Source of the DNA: an uncultured Verrucomicrobiae bacterium
GTDB taxonomy: Bacteria; Verrucomicrobiota; Verrucomicrobiia; Chthoniobacterales; UBA10450
Length of the DNA: 64,000 bases
Direction: 5' to 3'
NCBI GenBank assembly: GCA_963819975.1
Contig: CAWFYE010000002.1
Span: 52,844-116,843, forward strand
Shown one piece after another: positions 1 to 9,272 of this stretch. Under the pieces are notes generated by a model, which saw only the letters and a list, made by a program, of their open reading frames with translations, did no database searches and was not told the origin of the DNA. Each line of letters starts with the position of its first letter. Position 1 is the first letter of the stretch. Both the position numbers and the translations under genes were made by a program.

Positions 1-510
1 TACGAGGATGAGACCCCGGTACCGGTGAGCGATTACGCCGGCGAGGTCTTGCAGCATGTCCGCTCGCTCGGCCTGCATCTTTTTCTCGAACCGGGTCGCT
101 CCATTTCTGCTTCCGCCGGAGTGCTGATTTCGGAAGTGCAATTCATCAAACACACCGAAGGGAAAAGTTTCGTCGTCCTCGATGCGGGCATGAACGATCT
201 CGCCCGCCCCGCGATTTACGGCGCCTTTCATGAGATCGTATCCGTGCGAGAAGGTTACGCAGACCAAAGCTACGACGTCGTCGGACCGGTCTGCGAATCG
301 TCCGATATTTTCGGAACTAACCGGCGGTTGCCGGAACTGCGATCCGGTGACCTGGTGGCGATTCTCAACGCCGGCGCCTACGGGGCGGCAATGTCGTCGA
401 ACTACAACACGCGCGCCCTGCTCCCGGAAATTCTGGTCGAGGGCGAACACGCCAGGACGATTCGCGAGCGCCAGAGTTTCGAAGAGATCATCGCATTGGA
501 ACGATACTAG
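1..510 (+). CDS. lysA: diaminopimelate decarboxylase, C-terminal part (5' end outside window)
   Basis: Frame open from base 1. Translation EPGRSISASAGVLISEVQFIK...VVGPVCESSDIF...NAGAYGAAMSSNYN is typical of Orn/DAP decarboxylases. Stop TAG 508-510. Confidence 0.85.
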   Translation, partial: YEDETPVPVSDYAGEVLQHVRSLGLHLFLEPGRSISASAGVLISEVQFIKHTEGKSFVVLDAGMNDLARPAIYGAFHEIVSVREGYADQSYDVVGPVCESSDIFGTNRRLPELRSGDLVAILNAGAYGAAMSSNYNTRALLPEILVEGEHARTIRERQSFEEIIALERY

Positions 511-511
511 T

Positions 512-1657
512 TTGAGAGTTTTGTCGGCACGATCTATCCGGGAAGCCTTCTCGAGCCGGTTTGGTGCGGCGCCGACCCACATCGTGCGCTCGCCGGGGCG
601 GGTGAATCTCATCGGCGAGCATACCGACTACAACGACGGCTTCGTTTTGCCCATCGCGATCGATCGCGCGACATGGATCGCGTTGCGTCCGCGTAGTGAC
701 GACCGGGTGCAACTGCACTCGCTCGACCAGAATGAAACGACGGAATTCAACCTCGCAACGCTGGAGAAAGGCCCGGCATCATGGAGCGAATATCCCAAGG
801 GCGTCGCATGGGCGTTACTCGAGGAAAGATACGATCTGGGAGGTTGGGAAGGAGTAAGTAGCGGTGACATTCCGATGGGCGCCGGACTTTCCTCTTCGGC
901 GTCCTTTGAGCTGGCGGTGGCGCGCGCTTTTGCGGCGGCCAGCAATTATCCCTGGGAGGCGCGGAAGATGGCGCTGCTTTGCCAGAAGGCGGAAAATCAA
1001 TGGGTCGGGGTGAACTGTGGCATCATGGATCAAATGATCTGCGCCATCGGCCAGGAAGATCACGCGATCCTGATCGATTGCCGCGATCTTTCCGCGGAAG
1101 CGGTCCTGCTGCCGCCGGGAGTGTCCGTTGTTGTGATGGATACGAGCACGCGGCGCGGGCTGGTTGGTTCCGCTTACAACGAGCGGCGGAGGCAATGCGA
1201 AGCGGCCGCCGAATTCTTCGGGGTGAAGGCGCTCCGCGATGTGAGCCTGGATGATTTCCAATCACGCGGCGCACAGTTGGATGATGTGACTCACCGCCGT
1301 GCCCGCCACGTTATCACGGAAAACGAGCGTACCCGGCATGCCGCCAGAGCGATGAAAGATGGGGATGCGGAACTGCTCGGCCGGTTGATCGATCAAAGTC
1401 ACGAAAGCATGCGGGACGATTTCGAAATCTCCAACGCGCAGCTCGATCTCATGGTCGTGCTTGCGCGTGAAACAGCGGGCTGTTTCGGAGCGCGGATGAC
1501 TGGGGGAGGTTTCGGCGGTTGTGCGGTGGCGTTGGTGAAAGACGAGGCCGCACAGGCCTTCATCGAAAAAGTGAGCCAGCGCTACGAGGACGCTGCAAAG
1601 CTGACTCCGAAACTCCATCTCTGCCGGGCGGTAAACGGCGCCGAGTGCTTCTCATAA
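512..1657 (+). CDS. galK: galactokinase
   Basis: GHMP kinase motifs SPGRVNLIGEHTDYNDGFVLP, GAGLSSSASFE and MTGGGFGGC. The listed ORF start at 230 overlaps lysA, so a TTG/GTG start at about 512-521 is more likely. Confidence 0.9.
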   Translation: MRVLSARSIREAFSSRFGAAPTHIVRSPGRVNLIGEHTDYNDGFVLPIAIDRATWIALRPRSDDRVQLHSLDQNETTEFNLATLEKGPASWSEYPKGVAWALLEERYDLGGWEGVSSGDIPMGAGLSSSASFELAVARAFAAASNYPWEARKMALLCQKAENQWVGVNCGIMDQMICAIGQEDHAILIDCRDLSAEAVLLPPGVSVVVMDTSTRRGLVGSAYNERRRQCEAAAEFFGVKALRDVSLDDFQSRGAQLDDVTHRRARHVITENERTRHAARAMKDGDAELLGRLIDQSHESMRDDFEISNAQLDLMVVLARETAGCFGARMTGGGFGGCAVALVKDEAAQAFIEKVSQRYEDAAKLTPKLHLCRAVNGAECFS

Positions 1658-1677
1658 GGGTTCGGCGGGCAAGAAGA

Positions 1678-2466
1678 TCAACTTCTGAGCACGAATTCCA
1701 ACGCCGCCTCGATATCCGTGGCGGTCGGAGTGACGCCTGTGTAGCGCGTGAATTGCTCGACGGACTGAATCACGATGATGTCGAGGCCGCTGACTGTGAT
1801 CTTGTTCCGCTGCGACGCTGCCTTGATCAGTTTGGTTTCGGTCGGATCGGCCACGGAGTCCACCACGTAGCTGGCCTGCTCGATCCGCTCGACCGGAAAA
1901 ATGCTGCGCTGCGTTTCGGGCGCCATCCCTACCGGAGAAGCGTTGACGAGGACATCGAAATGCTCGGCGTCATCGAGCGTCTCTCGCCACGCATACCCAT
2001 ACTTCTGGGCCAGCATGGTTCCGCTCTTTTCATTGCGCCCCAGAATAGTCACGCCGCGGTAGCCGGAGTCGTCCAGCGCGGCGACGATCGCTTTCGCCAT
2101 TCCACCGCTGCCTGCGATGCAGATTCGTGCGCCCGGCGGGATTTGCTTGCTGGCAAAGAGCCGCTGGATGGCGACGTAGTCGGTGTTCGATCCGGTGAGA
2201 ACGCCAGCATCGTTCACGATCGTATTCACGGCGTCGATCCGGGCGGCCGAAGGTTCGATCTGATCGAGCAACGGAATGACCGCTTCCTTGAACGGCATCG
2301 ATATCGCGCAACCGCGAATGCCCAACGCGCGGATCCCGGCGATTGCATTCGGGAGGTCGGAAGTCGTGAAGGATTTGTAGAAGAAGTTAAGACTGAGACG
2401 CGCGTAGAGATAGTTGTGCAGGCGAGTGCCGAAGTTACCCGGCCGCGAAGCCAGGGACATGCACAT
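1678..2466 (-). CDS. aroE: shikimate 5-dehydrogenase family protein
   Basis: SMPFKEAV...NTIVNDAGVLTGSNTDY...IAGSGGMAKAIV pattern. Start placed at the internal ATG (MCMSLASRPGNF) because the longer ORF has no homology-like N-terminus. Confidence 0.8.
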   Translation of the reverse strand: MCMSLASRPGNFGTRLHNYLYARLSLNFFYKSFTTSDLPNAIAGIRALGIRGCAISMPFKEAVIPLLDQIEPSAARIDAVNTIVNDAGVLTGSNTDYVAIQRLFASKQIPPGARICIAGSGGMAKAIVAALDDSGYRGVTILGRNEKSGTMLAQKYGYAWRETLDDAEHFDVLVNASPVGMAPETQRSIFPVERIEQASYVVDSVADPTETKLIKAASQRNKITVSGLDIIVIQSVEQFTRYTGVTPTATDIEAALEFVLRS

Positions 2467-2750
2467 CTGAGTGTCCTTGTTGAGACTAAGGCGAAAGTCT
2501 TGCGCCAATGGAGTCACGGTGATGATGCAGCTAGTATTCGGGCTCACGAGCGATGGCGAACCTGGCCTCGCGTCGCATCCGGCGGTTCTCAGCAAAGCGG
2601 CTCGAATTCGACAATCGTCAAAATTGGCTAAAGGCATCCGACCGGCTGCAAATCTCGCGGAGCACGCGTTAGCGAACACAGGCGAATTTCAGCGAAACGT
2701 TATTCAAACATGTGATGCATTTTTCTAAAATCGGCATCACACGAGGGAAA

Positions 2751-2838
2751 CGGTGAGGGAGGGATTCGAACCCTCGGTACCCTTTTGGGGTACGGCGCTT
2801 TAGCAAAGCGCTGCTTTCGACCACTCAGCCACCTCACC
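2751..2838 (-). tRNA. tRNA-Ser (anticodon GCU)
   Basis: Reverse complement reads GGTGAGGTGGCTGAGTGG...GCGCT-TTGCTAA-AGCGC with a long variable arm, GGTTCGAATCC T-loop and CCCTCACC acceptor. No encoded CCA. Confidence 0.9.
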
Positions 2839-2854
2839 TAGTGCGCCGTCGAAG

Positions 2855-3247
2855 TTGCGTGAATATCGGGGTCGTTCCATGCTCGTCAACCAATTGACTC
2901 ACCCCATGCGCGCCGCCTTCCTGCTTTCGATTTCTTGCCTGACGAATAGCGTTCTTTTCACTCTGGCCGGTTGCGCTCCGACCAGCCGGCCGAAAGCGCC
3001 GGGTCCGGCGGCAGTGGCCAAGCCGCGCGTCGTGGGCGAAGTCGCGGTCGTGGATGAAGAAAAGCACTTTGTTCTGATCGACCTGGAATCCAACCTCTAC
3101 GTCCCGCCGCCCGGGACAGAGCTGCGCACTACTAATGCCGCCGGTGAGACCGCACATCTGAAGGCGTCGCCCGAACAAAAGCGGCCCTTCATCGCCGCCG
3201 ACATCGTCGATGGCGAACCGGCCGTAGGCGACGAGGTGCTGAAATGA
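2855..3247 (+). CDS. hypothetical lipoprotein
   Basis: Signal peptide with lipobox (FTLAGC). The start may be the ATG at 2879. The stop overlaps the moeA start (ATGA). Confidence 0.5.
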   Translation: MREYRGRSMLVNQLTHPMRAAFLLSISCLTNSVLFTLAGCAPTSRPKAPGPAAVAKPRVVGEVAVVDEEKHFVLIDLESNLYVPPPGTELRTTNAAGETAHLKASPEQKRPFIAADIVDGEPAVGDEVLK

Positions 3248-4425
3248 CGAGCGAAGCCGACGCCCTGGCCGCGGTCCTGGCAAAAATCACGCCTTTGCCG
3301 GGGCGAACCGTGGCGCTCTCCGAATCGTTAGGCCGATTTGCCGCGCAGGATTTGTTTGCCCAACGTGCGCTGCCGTCTTTCGACAATTCGGCCATGGATG
3401 GCTACGCCGTTCAAGCCGCCTCCTGCCAGGCAGGCGCGCGTTTGCGCATTGTGGGCGAGCAACCAGCCGGCGCCGATCGTGGCCTAACGATCGGAGCGGG
3501 TGAGGCGGTCCGCATTTTTACCGGCGCGCCGCTGCCCGCCGGAGCCGACGCCGTCGTCATGCAGGAGGACGTGGAACGCGAGGGGGAATCGATCGTGCTG
3601 GAGTCTGGCGTGGAACGCGGGGAATTTATCCGCCGCCGGGGTGCCGATCTGGCCGAAGGACAAAAAATTCTGGCCCGCGGTGAACCCATCGCCGTGCAAA
3701 CCATGGCGTTGCTCGCCTCGCAAGGGAGGGCGGAGATCGAGGTCGGCGGCGTCGCGCGCGTGGCGATCGTTTCCACCGGCGACGAGCTGGTCCCGGCCGG
3801 TGTGATCCCAGCGGCGGGGCAGATTTTCGAAAGCAATGCGCTCATGTTGCGTGCCCTCGCGCTTGGTTCCGGGGTTCACGTCTCCCTGGTCGAACATTGT
3901 CCGGACGATTTCCCGAAGATGACCGAACTTTTCCGCCGCGGGATGGAAGACGACGCGCTCATCGTGAGCGGCGGCGTTTCGGTCGGCGATCACGATTTAG
4001 TGAAACCGGCGCTGCGCGCGCTCGGGGCCGAGATCGATCTTTGGCGGGTTGCGATCAAACCGGGTAAGCCGTTTCTCTTTGGCCGGGCCAGCGATTGCTC
4101 GATTTTCGGGCTCCCGGGAAATCCGGTCTCGGCTTTTGTCACCTTTCTAAAATTTGTCCGGCCGGCGCTGCGAAAAATGAGCGGTGCCGCGGGCGAGCAC
4201 CTCGGCTTGCGCCAGGTTTCGGCGCGCCTCGCGACTGAGGTCAGGAACGACGGCGAGCGGCCGCATTATCTGCGTGGCGAGTTGCAAGGTGGCGTTTTCA
4301 ACGTCAACGGTCTGCAGGAGTCGCACGCACTGTTTGGTTTAAGCCGCGCCAACGCGCTGTTGCGCGTGGCAAGTGGCGAAAAATTTGCCGCTGGCGCAAT
4401 CGTTAGCGTCGAATTGTGGGACTGA
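3244..4425 (+). CDS. moeA: molybdopterin molybdenumtransferase
   Basis: FDNSAMDGYAV, VSTGDEL, GGVSVGDHD and PGNPVSAFVTF motifs. Confidence 0.9.
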   Translation: MTSEADALAAVLAKITPLPGRTVALSESLGRFAAQDLFAQRALPSFDNSAMDGYAVQAASCQAGARLRIVGEQPAGADRGLTIGAGEAVRIFTGAPLPAGADAVVMQEDVEREGESIVLESGVERGEFIRRRGADLAEGQKILARGEPIAVQTMALLASQGRAEIEVGGVARVAIVSTGDELVPAGVIPAAGQIFESNALMLRALALGSGVHVSLVEHCPDDFPKMTELFRRGMEDDALIVSGGVSVGDHDLVKPALRALGAEIDLWRVAIKPGKPFLFGRASDCSIFGLPGNPVSAFVTFLKFVRPALRKMSGAAGEHLGLRQVSARLATEVRNDGERPHYLRGELQGGVFNVNGLQESHALFGLSRANALLRVASGEKFAAGAIVSVELWD

Positions 4426-4598
4426 AGCCGGTTTTTTTCGCCTCCGGAAATTCCTGATTTCTTTTTAGGAGTCCGCCATACACGCAGGCGGCTGGCCCGC
4501 TTCGTTTCAAGTTTGCACGGCTAATTCAGATAAAGAATTTGCCTGCTGGGCTTGTCGTTAGGCAGTCCGAAAACACCCAAACAAAGGAAATCAAAAAT

Positions 4599-5138
4599 AT
4601 GAAACTGGACTCACTCCGCACCCTCTGGATCGAAGAAATGCGCGATCTTTACAACGCCGAGAATCAACTTCTGAAGGCGCTGCCGAAGATGGCCAAAAGG
4701 GCGAGCACCCCTGAATTGAAAAAAGCCTTCGAGAGTCATCTCGAGGAAACGCAGACCCATGTCGAGCGGCTCGACGAAATCTTCGTCAAGCTGGGCAAGA
4801 AACCGAGCGGGAAGACCTGCAAGGCAATGAAAGGCCTGGTCGAAGAAGGCTCCGAGATGATGAAGGAAGATGGCCCGGAATCGGTCATCGACGCCGGCCT
4901 GATCGCTGCCGCGCAGCGGGTCGAGCACTATGAGATGGCCGGCTATGGTGTCGCCCGCACGTTTGCCTCGGTCCTGGGCGAAGACGAAGCGCAGGACCTC
5001 CTCCAGGAAACGCTGGACGAGGAAGGCGCGGCCGATGAGAAGCTGACCGAGATCGCCGAAGCCTTCGTCAACGAAGAAGCCGACGAAGAGGAAGAAGCCG
5101 AACCGGCCAGCGCCAGCCGTTCCCGTTCTCGTCGTTAG
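4599..5138 (+). CDS. DUF892/YciE-like ferritin-like protein with acidic C-terminal tail
   Basis: MKLDSLRTLWIEEMRDLYNAENQLLKALPKM...HLEETQTHVERL is typical of the YciE/YciF family. AAGGAAA RBS lies 8 nt upstream of the ATG at 4599. Confidence 0.8.
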   Translation: MKLDSLRTLWIEEMRDLYNAENQLLKALPKMAKRASTPELKKAFESHLEETQTHVERLDEIFVKLGKKPSGKTCKAMKGLVEEGSEMMKEDGPESVIDAGLIAAAQRVEHYEMAGYGVARTFASVLGEDEAQDLLQETLDEEGAADEKLTEIAEAFVNEEADEEEEAEPASASRSRSRR

Positions 5139-5161
5139 GCAACTCCGCTTCCGAAAAATAT

Positions 5162-5204
5162 CGCCACCGCGATCCGCGCGATCGCGGTGGCGTTTTTGTT
5201 TTTT
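5162..5204 (+). terminator. rho-independent terminator
   Basis: Perfect 13-bp stem CGCCACCGCGATC / GATCGCGGTGGCG (5162-5174 / 5180-5192) with a 5-nt loop, followed by TTTTTGTTTTTT. Confidence 0.7.
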
Positions 5205-5222
5205 GGTGGGAGCCTGAATAAG

Positions 5223-6929
5223 ATGGGTCTGACCGAGTACCAGCGGAAACGGAATTTCTCCGTCACGGCCGAACCGAGCGGCGCGAAAAAGCCGCGGCCG
5301 AAACGAGTCGCGGGTGCATCTCGATTCGTCATTCAAAAACATGACGCCAGCCGGTTGCACTACGATTTCCGGCTGGAAATGGACGGGGTCTTGAAATCCT
5401 GGGCGGTGCCCAAGGGCATCCCGTGGGAGCGCGGCGAAAAACATCTCGCGGTCGAGGTCGAGGATCACCCGATCGATTACGAGGATTTCGAGGGCGTCAT
5501 CCCGGCAGGCAGCTACGGCGGTGGCACTGTCATGGTCTGGGATCGCGGCAACTATTATGTGCACGGCGAAAAGCCGCTCGAGGCGCTGAAGGAAGGTCGG
5601 CTCCACCTCGTCCTGGAGGGCGATAAACTGAAGGGCGACTGGGCTCTGATCCGGACCCGGAGCGATGGCGCGAAAACCCAGTGGCTTCTTTTAAAAAGCG
5701 ACGGCGACGTCAAGGCGATCTCGAAGAAGCGCGACGACCAGTCCGCCAAAACCGGCCGGACGATGAAGCAGATCGCGAAAGATCGCGATGCCGAGTGGCA
5801 ATCGAATCGCGATCAACCTAACGATGCCCAAAAAAATCTGCGAGCGCGCGTGCGAAAGGCGGTTACGGGCAAGGAAACGGGACGTAAAAAAAAAGTCCCG
5901 CGCGCGGCAAAAGTAGAAAAAAGCGCGCTCGCGCTGCCTGATTCGCTGCCAGCGGGGAAGCCGCGTTTCATCGATCCGATGAAACCGAAACTGGTTGAGA
6001 CTCCGCCTGCCGGCGGCGGCTGGATCTACGAGCTGAAGTTCGACGGCTTTCGCGCCATGGCCTTGAAGAGCGGCGGGAAAGTGAAATTGATTTCGCGGAA
6101 TGAAAACGATCTGACTAAAAAATTTCCGGAGGTCGCAGAGGCGCTTGAGAATCTACCCTGCACGGAATGCGTGATCGATGGCGAAGTGGTCGCGCTCGAC
6201 GAGGAGGGGCGCTCCTCCTTTCAGCTCCTCCAGGCGCGCGAGATGGAAGGCTGCGGCGCGCCGCTTTCTTATTACGTCTTCGATCTCCTCCAGCTCGAGG
6301 GCAAAAACCTGTGCGGTTTTCCCCTCACGACCCGAAAAGAGATGCTGCGCCAGCTTTGTGCCGGGGTGGGCGAACCAATCCGCTTTTCCGGCGAACTCGG
6401 AGACGATCCGAAGGCGCTCCTCGCCGAAGTGGAGCGGCGGGGGCTCGAAGGGATCATCGGCAAGCGAGCGGATTCGGTTTACGAAGCCGGCCGCCGGAGC
6501 GGCGCCTGGATTAAACTCAAGTGTCGGAAAGAGCAGGAATTCGTTGTCGGCGGGTACACTCCGCCAGCCGGGGCGCGCCAACATTTCGGGGCCCTGCTCG
6601 TCGGCTACTACGAAAAAAAGAAGCTTCTTTTCGCGGGTAAGGTCGGAACCGGATTCGACACCAAAATGCTCGCGTCGCTCCACGAAAAACTTCGGAAAGT
6701 GGCGCGTGACGATTGCCCTTTTGATGATCTGCCGTCGAAAGAAGCCGGGAAGTGGAGCCAGGGCATCACGCCCGGCATGATGCGCAAAATCAGTTGGGCC
6801 GATCCGGTTTTCGTCTGCGAGGTGAAATTCGCGGAGTGGACTCGCGACGCGAAATTGCGCGCGCCGGTTTTCCTGGGCCTGCGGGAAGACAAGGCGCCGG
6901 GCGAAGTGAGACGCGAGCTGCCCGCCTAA
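5223..6929 (+). CDS. ligD: ATP-dependent DNA ligase LigD, phosphoesterase + ligase domains (no polymerase domain)
   Basis: The N-terminus RFVIQKHDASRLHYDFRLE...SWAVPKG is a 3'-phosphoesterase domain. A K/R-rich linker follows, then the ligase KxDG motif YELKFDGFR and an OB-fold tail. The ATG at 5223 is preferred because the 5187 start lies inside the upstream terminator. Confidence 0.85.
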   Translation: MGLTEYQRKRNFSVTAEPSGAKKPRPKRVAGASRFVIQKHDASRLHYDFRLEMDGVLKSWAVPKGIPWERGEKHLAVEVEDHPIDYEDFEGVIPAGSYGGGTVMVWDRGNYYVHGEKPLEALKEGRLHLVLEGDKLKGDWALIRTRSDGAKTQWLLLKSDGDVKAISKKRDDQSAKTGRTMKQIAKDRDAEWQSNRDQPNDAQKNLRARVRKAVTGKETGRKKKVPRAAKVEKSALALPDSLPAGKPRFIDPMKPKLVETPPAGGGWIYELKFDGFRAMALKSGGKVKLISRNENDLTKKFPEVAEALENLPCTECVIDGEVVALDEEGRSSFQLLQAREMEGCGAPLSYYVFDLLQLEGKNLCGFPLTTRKEMLRQLCAGVGEPIRFSGELGDDPKALLAEVERRGLEGIIGKRADSVYEAGRRSGAWIKLKCRKEQEFVVGGYTPPAGARQHFGALLVGYYEKKKLLFAGKVGTGFDTKMLASLHEKLRKVARDDCPFDDLPSKEAGKWSQGITPGMMRKISWADPVFVCEVKFAEWTRDAKLRAPVFLGLREDKAPGEVRRELPA

Positions 6930-6933
6930 CGAA

Positions 6934-7785
6934 TCAGGCCGGAGCGGTCACCCCGCCCACGATGGTTCCAGTCGCCTCGAGGGCGGCTGCGCAGACGGTG
7001 CCCTCACTGTCGTAGGAGGGATCGTAGCTCGCGATCGTCAGCGCCTGCACCGGAAGGTTCCCGGCGATCGCCGCGAGCAGCGCCTGCAATTGCGCGTTCG
7101 TGAATCCGCCGCGCGCGGCATAACCATTGGCCCGCCCCTCGCTCGGATCGAGCGCGTCCATGTCGAGGTGGACATAAACTTTGTCCAACGTGGGCGCGAT
7201 CGATTGGAGCGCCGCTGCGATCGTGTTAGGGGCCGCATCCGCTTTTAGTCTAACGATCCCGGAGCGGGCCAGGGCCGGGCCCTCCGCGGGGTCGAGATCG
7301 CGGGTCCCGAACATCACCACCGCCTTGTCGGGGACCGGTTCGAAGCCTTCGATGCTGCGCGCCAATTCCACCCAGCAGCGGCCGGTCGCGGTCGCCAGCG
7401 TCATGCCGTCGAGGAATCCGCTCATCGTTGTCTGTGGGGTGTTAAAATCACCGTGGGCATCGATCCACATCACGCCGGTCGGCGCGCCGAGACCGGCGAT
7501 GACTCCGACCGCGGCGAGGCAATTGCCCGAGAGCACAATCGGAAAGTGGCCGTCGGTCCGCGCCGCCCGCACGTGCTCCGCGACCGAGCGCATCAATTCA
7601 AAACTGGTCTGAACTTCCGCCCGCCAATTCATCGATGCCGGCTCGATGACCTGGACATCCACTTCGTGCCCCTGGCCGGCGAGATGCTCCTCGAGGCCAG
7701 CCGCACGGAGATGTTCCGGGCCCGCGCCCATCCGCACGTTGCGCTGGCCGGAATCGTAAGGGACAAGCAAAAGCCGTATATCCAT
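6934..7785 (-). CDS. arginase/agmatinase/formiminoglutamase family hydrolase
   Basis: Mn-binding motifs WIDAHGDFNTP and VHLDMDALDP. Confidence 0.8.
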   Translation of the reverse strand: MDIRLLLVPYDSGQRNVRMGAGPEHLRAAGLEEHLAGQGHEVDVQVIEPASMNWRAEVQTSFELMRSVAEHVRAARTDGHFPIVLSGNCLAAVGVIAGLGAPTGVMWIDAHGDFNTPQTTMSGFLDGMTLATATGRCWVELARSIEGFEPVPDKAVVMFGTRDLDPAEGPALARSGIVRLKADAAPNTIAAALQSIAPTLDKVYVHLDMDALDPSEGRANGYAARGGFTNAQLQALLAAIAGNLPVQALTIASYDPSYDSEGTVCAAALEATGTIVGGVTAPA

Positions 7786-7886
7786 TTCTCTCGCGAACTC
7801 CTCCTGTCAGTCACATCACCAGACACCCCGGTCAATGCCCGGAACGCCGCAGGCAGGACTTTCGACCGACGAAATCGGACATCCGC

Positions 7887-9227
7887 CTACTTGTAGCGGT
7901 GGCCGTGTTTGATTACGAGGTCGACGCGCTGAAACAGATCGATGTAGCGCAACACGTCGCCTTTGACCGCGATGATGTCGGCGAATTTACCTGCGCTGAC
8001 CGAGCCGTAGTCCTTGTCGACTTTCATCATCACGGCAGGCCAATAGGTCGCCGCCCGGATCGTCGCCATCGGATCGACCCCGAGATCGTGCACCCACACA
8101 TCCATTTCGCGCCAGGTCGAGCCGCTGTGAAATTTCATCGGAATCCCGCTGTCGGTTCCGACCAGCATGACGACGCCCGCGTCCTGCAACTGGTGAAACT
8201 TCTTTTTCACCGTCGCGGCGCGCAGCGGCGTGATCTGGTAGTAGCCGAGCTGCCCCGGGTGCTGAATCGACTTCTTGATGTCCTCCACGATGTCGTTAGG
8301 CACATCCAGTTTCCAAGCCGGATCGTCCAGTTGCTCCGGGTTATCGATCAGCCGCTGATAATTGAGAAATCCCTCGATCGTCGGGCACCAGAAGAGCGGC
8401 CCGATGTTCATCTTCGCCGTTCGCTCCGCGATCGCTTTCAAAATATCCTCTGGATAACCGGGCGCGGTCGAGAGCCCGGTGTGCTCGAAATCATCCACCC
8501 CGGCGGCGAGGCCGCGCCGGATTTCCTCGGGTCGATGAGCATGAGCCACGACCGGGAGCTTGTGCGCGTGCGCTTCATCCACGACCGCCTTTACTTCCTC
8601 CATCGTCATCTCGTCCTGGTCGATCAGCTTGATGATGTTGACGCCCGCGTCGGCCAGTTGTTTGACCTTGGCCTTGCCATCGGCCGCGCCTTTCACGCCC
8701 CAGCGAAACGCTTCTGTCCCGGGATAAGGCGCGTGCTGGATAAAAGGCCCGGCGACGTAAAGAGTCGGCCCAGGAATTTCTCCACGATTGATCCGGTCGC
8801 GCACCTCGATGCTCTCCTTTAAGGGCGCGCCGAGATCGCGCGCGCTTGTCACTCCGGCCATGAGGAGCTGGTGGGCGGCCGCCGGCATGATCTCGCTCCC
8901 GAGGCGCTTTGGATAAGTCTTATCCCAATGATCGTAATCGCTGTGCCCGAGGAGCATGGTGTGCACATGGCAATCCCAGAGGCCGGGGAGTACGTCCATG
9001 CCTTCCGTCGAGATGACCGTTGCATCCTTGGGAACTTCCAAGGTTCCGACCTGGCCGATCGCGGTGATGCGCTCGTTGTCGATAAGGATGACGCTGTTTG
9101 CGAGCGGCGGGCCGCCGAAACCATCGATCAGCCGGCCGCCGACCAGGGCGGTGAGGCCGAAAGACGAAGACGAAGTCGCGAGACAACCGAGGGCGGCAAG
9201 GCAAAGAAGAAAGCGAAAGCGTCTCAT
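7887..9227 (-). CDS. secreted amidohydrolase family protein
   Basis: LPGLWDCHVHT metal-binding motif and HAH...DDFEH...GTDSG pattern. Signal peptide MRRFRFLLCLAALGCLA from the ATG at 9227. Confidence 0.8.
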   Translation of the reverse strand: MRRFRFLLCLAALGCLATSSSSFGLTALVGGRLIDGFGGPPLANSVILIDNERITAIGQVGTLEVPKDATVISTEGMDVLPGLWDCHVHTMLLGHSDYDHWDKTYPKRLGSEIMPAAAHQLLMAGVTSARDLGAPLKESIEVRDRINRGEIPGPTLYVAGPFIQHAPYPGTEAFRWGVKGAADGKAKVKQLADAGVNIIKLIDQDEMTMEEVKAVVDEAHAHKLPVVAHAHRPEEIRRGLAAGVDDFEHTGLSTAPGYPEDILKAIAERTAKMNIGPLFWCPTIEGFLNYQRLIDNPEQLDDPAWKLDVPNDIVEDIKKSIQHPGQLGYYQITPLRAATVKKKFHQLQDAGVVMLVGTDSGIPMKFHSGSTWREMDVWVHDLGVDPMATIRAATYWPAVMMKVDKDYGSVSAGKFADIIAVKGDVLRYIDLFQRVDLVIKHGHRYK

Positions 9228-9272
9228 CCGGTGACTATAGAGGAGGCTGGCGCGGCCTTCCACCATCGGGTG

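Noticed and set aside
5187-5222. Upstream ATG (5187) listed as the ligD ORF start.
   Set aside because: It lies inside the stem and T-run of the upstream intrinsic terminator. The ATG at 5223 gives the typical LigD phosphoesterase N-terminus.
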